Position numbers and translations under genes: made by a program
DNA from: Lytechinus pictus
Taxonomy: Eukaryota
DNA: 64,000 bases
Assembly: GCF_037042905.1 (NCBI RefSeq)
Contig: NC_087245.1
Coordinates: forward strand, 35,962,001-36,026,000
Direction of reading: 5' to 3'
Part shown: in pieces, positions 62,030 through 64,000 of the stretch
How the letters are laid out: each line of letters begins with the position of its first letter
Numbering within the stretch: the stretch's first letter is position 1
The notes under the pieces: generated by a model
Told to the model about the DNA's origin: nothing
Databases searched by the model: none
Seen by the model: the letters and a program-made list of their open reading frames with translations, nothing else

Positions 62030-64000
62030 TTAAACAAACTTTTCTCTTTCGAATGCAAAATGTTTATACACTCTCAAGTGACATATTTATCTTGTTCATA
62101 CTGATTTTCATGCCCACAATATTTATCAGGTATTTAGAGGACAGACAAGTTCTTATTTTTTTTATTGGATAGGTGTAACTTTTTCATACATTTAATACTT
62201 TTTTCTTCACTCTACAGAAGGGCATTTCATTGATTAAAAAATCACTTTACATAATATGCATTTAGATTATATATTTTTTAAAATAAGTGATCATAACAAT
62301 AATAAAACAATGACTGATTACTTGCATTTTTTTTATTTAATGAAATAGAATGATGTCACTGAAGACCCCGGAGAAGTATTTAATATTTCAACAATAAAGT
62401 AAAATCAGACAAGCAAAACACTGTTGGGGGCTATATATGGCTAAATTTAAATAGAGAACCAGAGAAATATTACCAAATAAAGTAAATAAAAAAAACAATG
62501 AATGCTGGTCAAACTTCAGTAATCTTTTCGACATTGGTAGAAAAGATAAATGAAGTTTGCCTAGCACATTTCAAAAGAGTCTTGCTTCATGTTTTCAAAT
62601 GGCTAATGCCCTTGTGTTTGTCAATAGTATTGTTATGAAGTTATATTCAAGCATATTATGTATGATAAAAAGAAATGTGCATTCGCATTCGAGTTATACA
62701 AAAGTAAAACTTTTAATTTCAGATTTGCCCAAATGTTTCATTTGATTTAAGTGAGCACAATAGATAATTATACTTGGCTATTATATATATCTATCCCAGG
62801 AATTAAACCGGGGAATTAATCACACTACCTGGAATCTAGTAGGCATACCCTAACTGCTATGTCGGGTAACCCATGAACATATCCTTCACTTTGCATTGAA
62901 CAACGATGATACACAAGAAAAAAAGAAGGAATTATTTCAATCTGGACTGGACAAAAAAATATAATGCCAAGTTATGTTATCATAACTAACCAACCCCACT
63001 CCACGTCCCTTTCAAACATCCTTCCTAGCTACCAGTTATTGACTTGATTTTACAAGAAAGGAAAGAAAGAAAGAAAGGGATAAGACAAGAAAGAGATAGA
63101 AGCATACTTTGGGGTTAGCTTGCAGTCCCCCCCCCTCCCCCTTCCGCGCCCCCTCTAATATTTTACCATATCACACCATTATTTTTGTAATACATCATCT
63201 TGTTTTAACGCTTTTATCACAACTATGTAATTTCGAACTTCGTTGCTTAATACTGACAACATGAATATATCTTCTTCAGTAAAGTCAGAGTCTTCCAGTA
63301 TATACGCTGTCTCAAATATAATTCCACCGCCGTCCTCCCCGTTGCGGCAAGATGTAAGTTCTTGCATTAGAGGCATCAGCTCGCAGCACGGAGGTAGAAT
63401 CCCCGTGCACTCCAATGTCATTACGCACACAAGAGCTCCGAGATTCTTTTTCACTTCGGTTCCACTCCAATATTCCAACCCCCCTTTGATAGGAGTTGCG
63501 ATCAGAGAGCATTACGCACACATCACTGGAAGGATTTGTATGCACTTTAAAGCACACATGTACTTCGTCTCTTTTTTTTTTGCAGCATGCCACTGTTTAG
63601 TTGAGGCAATTACAGCGAGAGCAGACGATCTGTGTGTATTCATTGGCGGGAAAAATTATTGGCTGAAATAATTATGGCGGACTGGAGGAAATTCCTTTCG
63701 ACCTATGTGTGTATTTATGTAATACATCTCCTGCAAAGTGGTAAGTGCTATGTTTTCTTTTCTTTTTTTCACCGTTGCTTAGGGATGTATTCACTGGTGT
63801 ATGCAATGTATCATACCTCACCCAATTCACGTACATGAATTTATGATGAGAGTATGACGTATAAACCGTGGCGCCGTTTAACATCCCTCATGCAGCAATC
63901 TGTGTGTCTCACTTGGTGAATCACAACATCAACAATTTTCATAGTTTTGCCATCTTCTTTTTTTTGCGGTTGGATATATTAGCGACAATCTGATTAATTC

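Overview
AT-rich animal genomic DNA; the repeat landscape suggests an echinoderm such as a sea urchin, which is an inference. Two genes are supported. One is the first coding exon of a two-pore (K2P/TWIK-family) potassium channel on the minus strand (6385-6841), with the rest probably left of the window. The other is a complete USP37-like deubiquitinase on the plus strand (25343-57451), assembled by hand into 18 phase-consistent GT-AG exons (3936 nt, 1311 aa). The rest is non-autonomous DNA transposons/MITEs (including a nested stack at 18.9-24.9 kb), SINE and LINE remnants, microsatellites and a local tandem duplication. The most unusual observations lie in the USP37 gene: (i) three separate duplications of exon boundaries (a ~15-copy 53-bp array of a splice donor, two decayed copies of the catalytic-Cys exon, a triplicated donor); (ii) a CWG-targeting MITE family inserted into splice-site CAG trinucleotides; (iii) an enlarged insert with up to six UIMs and two USP1-like GLLGG motifs. 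No prokaryotic-type system (CRISPR etc.) is present. All calls are by eye, with no database search.
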